Part shown: one piece after another, positions 50,449 through 59,458 of the stretch | Layout of the letters: every line of letters begins with the position of its first letter | How positions within the stretch are numbered: position 1 is the first letter of the stretch | Assembly: GCA_019659055.1 (NCBI GenBank) | Contig: JAIFWV010000001.1 | Location: 6,123-70,122 of the forward strand | Length of the DNA: 64,000 nucleotides | Reading direction: 5' to 3' | Origin: Candidatus Doudnabacteria bacterium | GTDB lineage: Bacteria; Patescibacteriota; Doudnabacteria; UBA920; O2-02-FULL-48-8 | Notes under the pieces: model-generated | Database searches by the model: none | Seen by the model: the letters and a program-made list of their open reading frames with translations, nothing else | Told to the model about the DNA's origin: nothing | Made by a program: the position numbers and the translations under genes

Positions 50449-51480
50449 TTACTGAGTTTTGCGGGCAATAACCTTAATTGGTATTACCTTAGAGACACTT
50501 TGCGTCCCCGAGGTAACTTTCATTGTTACTGAGTAATCGAGACCAATATATTTATTTGAATCTATTTGTCCAAAAAATGTTGCCAAACCTCTACAAGGTT
50601 CTGATTTATTAGCTGGGCAAAAATTAGGATCCACTTGAACTGTTATCCCAGGAGGCAATTTTTTGTTGACTACTTCCCATTTATAAGACATTAATCCACC
50701 GCCCCCGCTAGCTTCAAAATCCATAGAATAAGACAGACCAACCTCGAATTCCAACAGTTGAGTAGTTATTGCTAGCGGGCTAGTTGCAGAACTAGATGCT
50801 CCTGCTGGCTGTACTGGTGTACCATTCGTATTGAGACCCAAGGTCGTGGTGGTCGGGACATGCAGTTGGTACTGTACAATCTTGGCCTGGATGGTCGCGA
50901 GTCTAGTCTCGGTGAATTTATCACCGGGAGTGAGCGGGTCGTAACCGTTCTTTATGGAAATGCCGTCGTTGAAATCCTTTTCTTTCGCGAAAGATCGGTT
51001 ATCAGTAAATTTATTGATCGGGTTGGTGCCGTAGATATTTACCTCGTCGCCGTCAGCCAAACCGTCCAAATCGGTATCTTGATCTGTGGGGTTTGTTCCG
51101 GCCACAAATTCCTGATAATTGCTAATGCCGTCATTATCGACATCGGCATTGTCGCCGCAGGTAGCGTCATCGTCGCAAACATCCTTCGCAAAATACTTTT
51201 GCATGAAAGCCGGAGTGAGTTTGGAATTGGTGGGCTCGGTGATATCGGGTGCGGCGGCTTTTTTACTAAAGCCCAAAAAATAATAAGCCAAACCACCCAA
51301 TACGAGCAGGACGACTATGGAAACGATTATGTACACGGCTTTCCCGCCGCCCCCGCCGCTTGGAGACGATCCTAAGACTGGCGGCGGTGTTGGGGCAGTG
51401 TTTGCCGGCCGGTTGCCGCCGGGCATGACCTGGTAAGAAATATCAGGCTGGCTCGGTGGCGGTGTGTTTGTTTCATTCAT
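50449..51480 (-). CDS. Membrane-anchored protein with DxDxDG Ca-binding repeats and Ig-like C-terminus
   Basis: Pro-rich N-terminus, TM helix, DVDNDG..N..E...GTNP..DTDLDG, LPPGI. Confidence 0.7.
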   Translation of the reverse strand: MNETNTPPPSQPDISYQVMPGGNRPANTAPTPPPVLGSSPSGGGGGKAVYIIVSIVVLLVLGGLAYYFLGFSKKAAAPDITEPTNSKLTPAFMQKYFAKDVCDDDATCGDNADVDNDGISNYQEFVAGTNPTDQDTDLDGLADGDEVNIYGTNPINKFTDNRSFAKEKDFNDGISIKNGYDPLTPGDKFTETRLATIQAKIVQYQLHVPTTTTLGLNTNGTPVQPAGASSSATSPLAITTQLLEFEVGLSYSMDFEASGGGGLMSYKWEVVNKKLPPGITVQVDPNFCPANKSEPCRGLATFFGQIDSNKYIGLDYSVTMKVTSGTQSVSKVIPIKVIARKTQ

Positions 51481-51505
51481 AAATTTTGTTGATTAATTAA
51501 TATAT

Positions 51506-51874
51506 TTATTTAAATAGAAAATAAGACTCTAAAAACACGAGACAAACGCCCAAAAATATCGCGCTTAGCCAATTAAACAACCCGTAGGATAGCAGGATCA
51601 ACGAGATAAGCACCATGAGCGAGAACCAAAGGGCTTGCCTGGCTGAGATCCAGACGTGTCTCCAGGCAAATTCTTTGACCCCGAACACTTGCCGCATGTA
51701 ATACCCAATCAGGTAAGTGAGGGTGCCAATCAGGACCAAGATATCTAAATAAAAAGTCAGGAGGTGCACAGTCTGGCCGGGGTCCAGTTTGGTGATTATG
51801 AGGCCTAGCCCAATGCTAGACAGCAGCAACAGACAGACTGCCGAGAGATTTACAAATGTTATTGATTTCAGCAA
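51506..51874 (-). CDS. Hypothetical 4-TM membrane protein
   Basis: Hydrophobic; DP, S.RQ and LE.YF motifs. Confidence 0.65.
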   Translation of the reverse strand: MLKSITFVNLSAVCLLLLSSIGLGLIITKLDPGQTVHLLTFYLDILVLIGTLTYLIGYYMRQVFGVKEFAWRHVWISARQALWFSLMVLISLILLSYGLFNWLSAIFLGVCLVFLESYFLFK

Positions 51875-51947
51875 GTTTGTTTTTGTGCTTTCAGTTAATT
51901 ATACCATGAATTGCTTAAAAAACTAAAAAACTTCCGCATCAGCCTTG

Positions 51948-54887
51948 TTATTCCAAATGGCGGAATTTGCAATCGTGCCCAAGGCGCAGGTCCGCTTCGC
52001 GAAAACTATTGTTCTGAATAACCAGGACGATTTCTTCGATAGTCGCAAGAAGCTTGGCTTTCAATTTTTCGATTTCTTCCGGTTCGCCTATAAACGGCAG
52101 AGCTGAGTCGAGGTCTTCCAAATACCAATATGTGAGTTGATTGACCTTCTCCCGCATAGACTCCTGAGCCGCCCATTGGTAGATCAACAATTGGTCGCGA
52201 TCTACCTGCTCCAATTTGGTCCGCGGTTTACCGGTTTTATAGTCGATGATATCGAGGGATTGGTCCGGATTGAGGTCGGCGCGGTCGATGCGCCCTTTGA
52301 ATCGATATTTACCTAAATTCATCCGAAACGGCTGTTCTAAGTATTTCGGAATTTTGGGATTGGCTATGGTTTTGTTATAGATGTTTGTAAGGTAAACCAA
52401 GCCGTCGTGGTGATATTTTTCTTTTTGTTCTTTTTTCTCGTACCAGTCGTCAACCCATGACTCTTCATAGAATTTTACAAGGAGCTCTTTTGGTGGGACC
52501 AGAATATTGTCGTTCCTAATGCCAAAAAGATCAATCTGCTTGGCCGAATTCATCTGCTGCATTCGGCTAAAAAATTTCTTGAACGCATTATGCACTGTGA
52601 TTCCAAAAGACAAAGCTGGGGCCCCAGGCATGGGGAGTTTGTAAATATATTTGTACTTATATTCAAGCGGGCATTTTTTGAAGGTCGAAATTTGCGAAAA
52701 ATCAAAAGTCTCAGGAATGGAGAATTTATGCTTAGGCAAATTTAAGTTGAGCGCCTGCTGGTTGGCAAAGAAAACTTCACCCGAGGGTTTGGTTTGTTCC
52801 CGCGGTTTCTCTAAACCCGTATCGAGCAAAAACATCGACGGCTTCTTAAGAGTCGTCCCGCCGTAATCGTCGGCCCAGGTAAAGTATAGAAACCGTTTGG
52901 CGCGAGTCGCCGCGACGTAGAACAGTCTCCGCTCTTCCATGAGATGCGCGTCCCCTTCTGGTAAAATTTCCTCAATAAGATTGTCCGGGAGTTCGATCTG
53001 CTCTTTGCGGTCGCGCGAAGGAAATCGGGCATCGACCATGTTCACCAAAAACACGCAGGCAAATTCCAAACCTTTGGCGGCGTGGATGGTCATAACCCTT
53101 ATGGCCTCAGGTCCGGTGTCCGGGCTCGAAATGAGAGTGCCTGTATCCCCGGCTTCCTGCTCGAGCGTAATCTCTTGCAAGAAATTTTTGAGAGTTTTTT
53201 CCTTATTGCCCTCGGAAAAATCCTGGACCTTGCGGTAAAATTGCTCAAGCAAAGACCGATTTTCCACGTTCTCGAGCGAATCAGTCGAGAGCTGTTCGGC
53301 AATCCCGAGATCCCTTACAACCCGGACGAAAAGCTCGGTCATTGGCAATTCGGCCGAGAGTTTGCAATGTTTATCCATTTGCAAGAGGAGATTGGCAATT
53401 TTGGCTTCGGACTCAGTCGAAACTTTGGCGTACAAACTCAAATTTTTAAGAATTTCATAAATCGACAGCACTCTCCGTGCAGCAGTATGCGAAATCAAGA
53501 TCAAATCATTGTGATCAATCCGAAATTTAGGAAAATTTAGAATCCGAAAGAGAAAATCATTGTGATGAAAATCATCGAGCAGGCGAAGGTAAGAAATAAT
53601 GTCGATGATCAACGGCTTGCGATAAAGTCCGCGACTTGCGACAAAGATATAGGGCAAATTACGGCGCGAAAGCTCGCTTAAGAATGCCTCGGCATGATCA
53701 TTGGCACGCGCTAGGATCGCAAAGTCATTGAACGACAGGCCCTCTTGCTCCTGAAGCCAAACTATTTTGTCGACCACAGCCTTGGCTTCTTCGTAAACAT
53801 TTTTCACATGCAGGACTTCAATTGCCCCCGCCTCAGCGGCGTGGCCTGTGAGTTTTTTGGAAATCTTAAGCTTAGCCTCAAGGCGTTCGGGGTTGTTGCG
53901 CTGGATAAAGTCGTAAGCCAGATCCAAAATCGGCTGAGTGGATCGGTAGTTATCCGTCAGGGTTACCTCAGCGGCTTTGGGATAGTCTTCTTTGAATTTG
54001 AGGATATTGGAAATCGAGGCACCCCGAAATTTATATATCGATTGGTCGTCATCTCCGACGACTGTGATATTGTCGTGAGGTGCGGCCAGAAGCTTGACCA
54101 TCTCGTACTGGGCCAGGTCGGTATCCTGGAACTCATCGACTAAAATGTACTTAAATTTATTCTGATAAAACTTCAGAATCTTGGGTCTGGTGGCAAAGAG
54201 TTTAAGTGTGTAATTTATCAGATCACGAAAATCTAAATATGAATTATCGAGCAGGTATTTCTGATATTTATGATACGCATTCGCGACTTCCTGGACGCGC
54301 GAAATTTCGGCCGGATCCGCCGCTCCTTTTATATCTGGATTATCCAAATTCAATTGCAGACTTTGTGCGAATTCTAAATATCGCTCCGGGGTAATTCCCT
54401 CCCGCTTGGCCATTTCGAAATGCCTCAGTAAGGCATGGATAAATTTGGCGGGATTACCTTTGGGTTTGTAGTAATCCAAATCAAAATCATAAATGTGGTT
54501 GCGCAACAGAATCCAGGCCTTGGTATCGTCGAGGATCTGGAAATCGCCGGGCAGGCCGATATCGAGTGCATGCTGTCTGAGAATTTTTTCGGCAAACGCA
54601 TCGAAAGTCGAAATTGTGATCTCCCCATAACCCAAAGGTAAAATCCGGTCGACCCGCTCTTCCATTTCGCCTGTAGCTTTGACAGTAAAGGTTAGCGCCA
54701 AAATTTCATCCGGTTTAGCCAACCCTTGCTCCAAAAGATAAGCAATCCGTCTGGTGAGCACCGTAGTTTTACCGGTACCAGCACCAGCGATTATCAAAAG
54801 CGGCCCGCCTTTGTGAATGACGGCTTTTTCCTGGGGTTTATTCAACCCTTCTAATACTTTGGATTTTTCGACGGTTTTGCCTTTCAT
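51948..54887 (-). CDS. UvrD/PcrA-family helicase fused to C-terminal PD-(D/E)XK nuclease (AdnA/B-like)
   Basis: AGAGTGKT, VDEFQD, GDDDQSIY.FRGA, NYRS, TIHAAKGLEF, EERRLFYVA; GRIDR..IIDYKTG, QL.IY. Confidence 0.9.
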   Translation of the reverse strand: MKGKTVEKSKVLEGLNKPQEKAVIHKGGPLLIIAGAGTGKTTVLTRRIAYLLEQGLAKPDEILALTFTVKATGEMEERVDRILPLGYGEITISTFDAFAEKILRQHALDIGLPGDFQILDDTKAWILLRNHIYDFDLDYYKPKGNPAKFIHALLRHFEMAKREGITPERYLEFAQSLQLNLDNPDIKGAADPAEISRVQEVANAYHKYQKYLLDNSYLDFRDLINYTLKLFATRPKILKFYQNKFKYILVDEFQDTDLAQYEMVKLLAAPHDNITVVGDDDQSIYKFRGASISNILKFKEDYPKAAEVTLTDNYRSTQPILDLAYDFIQRNNPERLEAKLKISKKLTGHAAEAGAIEVLHVKNVYEEAKAVVDKIVWLQEQEGLSFNDFAILARANDHAEAFLSELSRRNLPYIFVASRGLYRKPLIIDIISYLRLLDDFHHNDFLFRILNFPKFRIDHNDLILISHTAARRVLSIYEILKNLSLYAKVSTESEAKIANLLLQMDKHCKLSAELPMTELFVRVVRDLGIAEQLSTDSLENVENRSLLEQFYRKVQDFSEGNKEKTLKNFLQEITLEQEAGDTGTLISSPDTGPEAIRVMTIHAAKGLEFACVFLVNMVDARFPSRDRKEQIELPDNLIEEILPEGDAHLMEERRLFYVAATRAKRFLYFTWADDYGGTTLKKPSMFLLDTGLEKPREQTKPSGEVFFANQQALNLNLPKHKFSIPETFDFSQISTFKKCPLEYKYKYIYKLPMPGAPALSFGITVHNAFKKFFSRMQQMNSAKQIDLFGIRNDNILVPPKELLVKFYEESWVDDWYEKKEQKEKYHHDGLVYLTNIYNKTIANPKIPKYLEQPFRMNLGKYRFKGRIDRADLNPDQSLDIIDYKTGKPRTKLEQVDRDQLLIYQWAAQESMREKVNQLTYWYLEDLDSALPFIGEPEEIEKLKAKLLATIEEIVLVIQNNSFREADLRLGHDCKFRHLE

Positions 54888-54909
54888 CAATTCATTATAA
54901 CCCATAACG

Positions 54910-55140
54910 AAAAAAGCCCAAGGTGTGCCCTTGGGCTCCGGCCTCATCTGGCTGGACCTATTGAAGCGGAGAGTTGGGTGGGACGTGAAGTCCGAGAGAT
55001 GAGAAAGCGAAACGTTCCTCCTTGCGTGTCTGCAGGAGTGAAGGCAGTCACCAGAACCTAAATTCCCCTGGCCGTAGCCACGAAACGATCAACCATCCGG
55101 CCGATCGTCGGTTCCTGCCCACACCTTGCAAGCATGTGTA
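54910..55140 (-). ncRNA. Candidate structured ncRNA (~230 nt) ending in an intrinsic terminator
   Basis: GGCAG/CUGCC and GAACC/GGUUC enclose two hairpins; AGCCCAAGG/CCUUGGGCU plus U run; no ORF with a start codon after the SD-like AAGGAGG. Confidence 0.4.
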
Positions 55141-55208
55141 AAGTTTAGCCGGAAATATTTTGCTTCGATACTGTATGGCAGTACAAAAAATTCAGCGATT
55201 GATTAGGC

Positions 55209-55727
55209 AAAAAGAAAAAGAGTCAGGCAAATTGCATGACTCTCTATCGAACGTTGGAACCGAAAGTTCCGAAATAGATCCCCCTTTGGATCCGGTTGCT
55301 CCTGGAGAAGTCCAGGCACTTCACTGCGAGCGTTGATCGCGAAACCAGAGAACCTTGTGGGCTCAAAGTTGACGCAATCCGCATCACAGCAGAAATGCAT
55401 GGCCTTACTCCAGAAGAACCTTCTTAGGGACTGCTGCCTCACGACTTGCAGTCACAACTTGAGCAGTCTCCCGCTCAACTCTCGGAGTCCTTACCCCGAT
55501 ACCTTCCCTTTGACTCACGCAAGGAGAAGCTTGCGCTCCAAAGCTTGCGCTGTCAAAAGCCCAAAGATTGGGTCCGATTGCCCCAGACACCGCATTGCGC
55601 CGGTTGTACCGAACGCTTTGCAAATGCATGAGGGTCGAATACTCATTCTTTCCGGAATATGTCCCAGGCGACTTGACCTTTTGAGGGGCCCAATCAACCT
55701 AATTCATATGCCAGTCTTACTAGAGGT
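55209..55727 (-). ncRNA. Candidate large structured ncRNA (~500 nt)
   Basis: TTGACG-17-TAAGCT promoter (55762-55734); AGAGUCA/UGACUCU plus U-rich terminator; many stems; only short overlapping ORFs. Confidence 0.55.
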
Positions 55728-55850
55728 AAAACAAGCTTACACCTGAGCATTAGGACCGTCAACGAGGATAAGTGGATGAATTGTGGACAAAATAAAAAAA
55801 GCGGCTGGAATACTCGGGAAAGTACTCCAGACCGCTGTTGCGATATCTGA

Positions 55851-56870
55851 TCAATGACCGTAAAATCCCCGCCCCTCCTTGTCTGGCACCATGCACAGCA
55901 CGACTCCTCGCTCCTTCGCGAGCTCCTTCAGCGGCTTGTCGCCCGTGATGGAACCCGAGGAAGTGAAGATGGCCTTTACGCCCGCATCCATGAGAATCTT
56001 GGGCGCGTCTGGGTACGGAAAGAAACTATCTGAATACGCCACAGCACCATTGATGTCGTGGCCGGCGCGCTGGGCTTTGCGGACCGCAAGTTCAGCCGCC
56101 ATCACGCGGTCTTGCTGACCCACGCCGTTGCCAATGAGCATTTCATCCTTCACGAGTGTGATGGTGTTGCTGTTGCTCGTGCATCCAATCGCCCATGCCA
56201 GGACGAAATTCTCGATGATGGAATCATGGGGCTCACCATTGACCCATTCAAGCGTACCGAATTTGGGGACGTAGGTGTAGTTGGGTTGGGTGAGTCTGCC
56301 ACCGCGCACGTACCGAAACCGGCGCCGTTGGTCGAGCCAACCCTCCCTCTCGGTTAAAGCTTCATTGGCGAGGAAGCGGCATTTGTCTCCCTTGCGTTGG
56401 AGCAACCTTATAGAGTCTTGGTCAAATCCCGCCGCCGCAATCCCGTCCAAGAGACGACGTTTGCCTTCTGGCTGCTTATGCGTGAGCAAGAGCTCAGCAT
56501 GTTCTTCCCGGACGTAGAAATCCAGAATCACCAATCCGCCATGGATGGCCAGCAGATCGCCTTCGACCATGCGCTCGATGGATTCGGATGCAATGTAACT
56601 AACCGCGGCTCCGCACGGATTGCCATGTTTGACCGCAACACTGACGTAACCTCCGGAGAGATGATTCACATGTCTTCCTTCGTCGATGTGCGTCTTGGTC
56701 TGGAGCATCCGGTCGAGGTCGCAGAGGTTGTTATAGCTCGGATCTGTGCCGGCGACTAGTTGAAATCGCGCCAAGGACAACGGATCGTCACACTCCGGAT
56801 CAGGCTCAAACAGGGCCGGCGTCTGCGGTGCATTCTCACCATAAAGCAGATTTTTTATTTCTGCCATCAC
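55851..56870 (-). CDS. purH: AICAR transformylase domain (C-terminal part of split PurH)
   Basis: YGEN, SYNN, KHGNPCG, SNSN, GVGQQDRV, SDSFFP. Confidence 0.85.
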   Translation of the reverse strand: MMAEIKNLLYGENAPQTPALFEPDPECDDPLSLARFQLVAGTDPSYNNLCDLDRMLQTKTHIDEGRHVNHLSGGYVSVAVKHGNPCGAAVSYIASESIERMVEGDLLAIHGGLVILDFYVREEHAELLLTHKQPEGKRRLLDGIAAAGFDQDSIRLLQRKGDKCRFLANEALTEREGWLDQRRRFRYVRGGRLTQPNYTYVPKFGTLEWVNGEPHDSIIENFVLAWAIGCTSNSNTITLVKDEMLIGNGVGQQDRVMAAELAVRKAQRAGHDINGAVAYSDSFFPYPDAPKILMDAGVKAIFTSSGSITGDKPLKELAKERGVVLCMVPDKEGRGFYGH

Positions 56871-57499
56871 TTTTTCTCCTTAGGTAAGCAACGTATAGGC
56901 TTACCACCTTGAATCGTCACGCGGGTGTTGAATTCCGTCGAAATTGCCGCGTCATAGGCGGCAGTGTGCGCAAACGCTTTGCGCATGAGATCGAGATGAA
57001 ACCAGTCGTGAGATCCTTCCGGCCGCTCGAGCTCCTTGAGCAACATGTCATAATCATCCGGGTCCACCGCGACGAGTACATACTGGAAATTTTTGGCCGC
57101 GGCGCGGATCATGGTCAGTCCGCCGATATCGATCATTTCGATGAGTTCGGGAACGGTGGTCTCTGGCTTAGCGGCTGTCGGTGCGAACGGATACAGGTTG
57201 CAGATGACAACATCGATGAGATCGATTGCATGCTCCTTGAGGAACGCCATGTCTTCCGGGTTGTCGCGGCGCGCGAGGATCCCCGCCTGGATCTTGGGAT
57301 GCATCGATTTGACCCGGCCGCCCATCCCCTCGGGAAATCCCGTGACTTCGGAGACATCTGTGACTGGAAGATTGGCAGCGCTAAGCGCCTTGGACGTGCC
57401 GCCGGTGGATACGAGTTCGAAACCGAGCTTGATGAGGCCCGCCCCCACGTCCTCAAGTTTCCGCTTGTCGTATACGCTCAGGAGTGCTCTTCTTGCCAT
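56867..57499 (-). CDS. purH: IMP cyclohydrolase/MGS-like domain (N-terminal part of split PurH)
   Basis: RALLSVYDK, STGGT, TGFPE..GGRVKS.HP, NLYPF, IDIGG..MIRAAAKN. Confidence 0.88.
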   Translation of the reverse strand: MARRALLSVYDKRKLEDVGAGLIKLGFELVSTGGTSKALSAANLPVTDVSEVTGFPEGMGGRVKSMHPKIQAGILARRDNPEDMAFLKEHAIDLIDVVICNLYPFAPTAAKPETTVPELIEMIDIGGLTMIRAAAKNFQYVLVAVDPDDYDMLLKELERPEGSHDWFHLDLMRKAFAHTAAYDAAISTEFNTRVTIQGGKPIRCLPKEKK

Positions 57500-57600
57500 T
57501 GATCTAACCCTCTTTCTTGTTGTAAAAGAAAATCTAAAAGCCAGTCTTCTAGACTGGCTCCTGTGAAGATATATTATTGTATTTGCGCCATAAAATCAAC

Positions 57601-57677
57601 TGGTGCGCTTGGGTGGACTCGAACCACCGGCCTTTCCCTTCGGAGGGGAACGCTCTAATCCACTGAGCTACAAGCGC
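57601..57677 (-). tRNA. tRNA-Arg(CCG)
   Basis: GCGCTTG acceptor stem; TTCCC-CTCCGAA-GGGAA anticodon arm; GTTCGA; encoded CCA. Confidence 0.95.
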
Positions 57678-57682
57678 CTTAC

Positions 57683-58201
57683 CTATGGCTTCCTTCGATT
57701 GTTACGGATCGGCATAAGGTATTTGCGAGTATCCGAATCCAGATCGAGGTAAGCATCGACAATTTCGTTGCGCATTTTACTCGACGTAGATTTGCCGAAT
57801 GAGACTAATTCTACCCGCACGCCTTGGATCTGCAAATACTCAAGCAGGGGAATATAGTCGCCGTCACCCGAGGCCAGCACGACACAATCCAATTTAGGTA
57901 GAAGCTTGATAATATCCATAACAATTCCCACATCCCAATCGCCTTTTTTGGTCCCGCCGTAATAAGTCTGTAGGTCTTTGAGTTTCACTTCAAATCCGGC
58001 CTTCTTCAAAGCATCAAAGAAAGTCTGCTCTTCGGGCATGTCGGCCTTAATCCCGTAGGCAATCGCCCGCACAATCGGCCGATCGCCGGCCGCATCTTTC
58101 AAAATTGTCGTAAAATTTACTCTCGCATTGTAAACATTCCGGGCGGTGTAATATAAATTTTGAATATCTACAAAAATTCCTACTCTTTGTTCTGCACGCA
58201 T
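57683..58201 (-). CDS. NYN domain protein (LabA/DUF88)
   Basis: IFVDIQNLY, KGDWDV, SGDGDY. Confidence 0.9.
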   Translation of the reverse strand: MRAEQRVGIFVDIQNLYYTARNVYNARVNFTTILKDAAGDRPIVRAIAYGIKADMPEEQTFFDALKKAGFEVKLKDLQTYYGGTKKGDWDVGIVMDIIKLLPKLDCVVLASGDGDYIPLLEYLQIQGVRVELVSFGKSTSSKMRNEIVDAYLDLDSDTRKYLMPIRNNRRKP

Positions 58202-58223
58202 AAAAAATTGTTCCTAAATTAAT

Positions 58224-59246
58224 TTACAAAAGTTTATTGAGTTCTGTTTCCGTGATTTTTTCTGGTTCAGCTGAGTCCAACTGCAAAGTACTGGCGTTGG
58301 TGATCTGATTCTTGAGCTTACCGTAGCCATCGACCAAGGCTCCCATGGAATTATTGGTATTTTTGACGTGATTGGCCATGGTGTCCAAGGTTTTGCCGAA
58401 CTTGTCGCTCTCCTGCTTGATGCCATTGATCATGGCTAGCACTTGTTGGGCGGCCTTGTTTATCTGCTGGCCGCGTAAAGACACCAAAAACGTCTGCAAA
58501 GTCAGATACAAAGTATTTGGGCCAACCATGACAACTTTTTTGTCGCGAGCATAGGCGCAGGTCGGGAGATCTTCGGCCACTTCCATGTACACCCCTTCGC
58601 TTGGAATAAACATCAGCGCAAAATCATAAGTCCCCTCCTGCGGCAGAATATATTTTTTGTGAATCTCATCAATGCGTTTCTTGACGTCCTTGAGGAAAAG
58701 TTTGCGCTGGTCTTCGGTTGCCTCTTCGGTCTTGGCTTCTTTAAACAATCGATAATTCTCCATGCTAAATTTGCTGTCGATTGGCAAAAGCAAGTCACCG
58801 ACCTTGACTGCGGCATCTACGACTTCCCCGTTTTTGAATCGATATTGGTATTTGGTAAATTCTTTGGGGAAAACCTGGTTGAGCATATTTTCGAGCACCT
58901 CTTCACCAAAGTTGCCGCGCATCTTGGGCGAAGCCAAAGTCTCCGAAAGTCTGCGGATGTCGGGCCCGAGTTGCCCCATGCTTCCCAACTCCTTTGATAA
59001 CCCGGCAATCACTCGGCCGGCATTATCCAGGCGCTCGTTGATGGCCTTGTTGAGTTCTTTGATGTTTTGCTCTGTGGTCTGTTTACTGCTTTCTGTTCCT
59101 TGTTTTATATCCTTCATCCATTCCATCATGACGTTGAGCGCTTCCGAATCTTTGGGTTTGGTCAGGAAGGCGCGCAAAACTAAAATAACCGCTACAAAGC
59201 CGGCTACTATAAAACCTACAATTATAAAAAGTGATTGCGAATTCAT
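58224..59246 (-). CDS. rmuC: DNA recombination protein RmuC
   Basis: RGNFGEE.LE, PIDSKF, KYI.P..GT.DFALMFIPSE, GPNT. Confidence 0.9.
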   Translation of the reverse strand: MNSQSLFIIVGFIVAGFVAVILVLRAFLTKPKDSEALNVMMEWMKDIKQGTESSKQTTEQNIKELNKAINERLDNAGRVIAGLSKELGSMGQLGPDIRRLSETLASPKMRGNFGEEVLENMLNQVFPKEFTKYQYRFKNGEVVDAAVKVGDLLLPIDSKFSMENYRLFKEAKTEEATEDQRKLFLKDVKKRIDEIHKKYILPQEGTYDFALMFIPSEGVYMEVAEDLPTCAYARDKKVVMVGPNTLYLTLQTFLVSLRGQQINKAAQQVLAMINGIKQESDKFGKTLDTMANHVKNTNNSMGALVDGYGKLKNQITNASTLQLDSAEPEKITETELNKLL

Positions 59247-59458
59247 AATTCCTGTTTATTATACCAAATTCAGCCAAATTAACATATGTAGGCCAAAATT
59301 CTACCCCAGTAATCTGGGCCTTTTTTGTACCCTTTTAGGGAGGAAAACATACTTGACTAAACCTCAGCATTGAGGCTATGATAATGCGTCAATCTTTGAG
59401 CGAAACAGCAAAAAACCGCAGCAATAATTGACACTTTCACATACCACTAGGAGGCGGA

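Noticed and set aside
55209-55727. RNase P RNA, tmRNA or group II intron identity for the large RNA
   Set aside because: No GAGGAAAGUCC or ACAGAA..CGGCUUA, no tRNA-like ends with CCA, and no GUGCG start or domain V found by eye
55765-55792. DnaA-box-like AGTGGATGA/TGTGGACAA
   Set aside because: Only two imperfect boxes; no dnaA or DUE nearby
57500-57600. ZTP (pfl) riboswitch upstream of purH
   Set aside because: Only a single AGCCAGTC/GACTGGCT hairpin, better explained as the tRNA-Arg terminator; the spacer is short and lacks a recognisable aptamer
54900-57677. Integrated mobile element at tRNA-Arg
   Set aside because: No integrase and no duplicated tRNA 3' end (att repeat) seen
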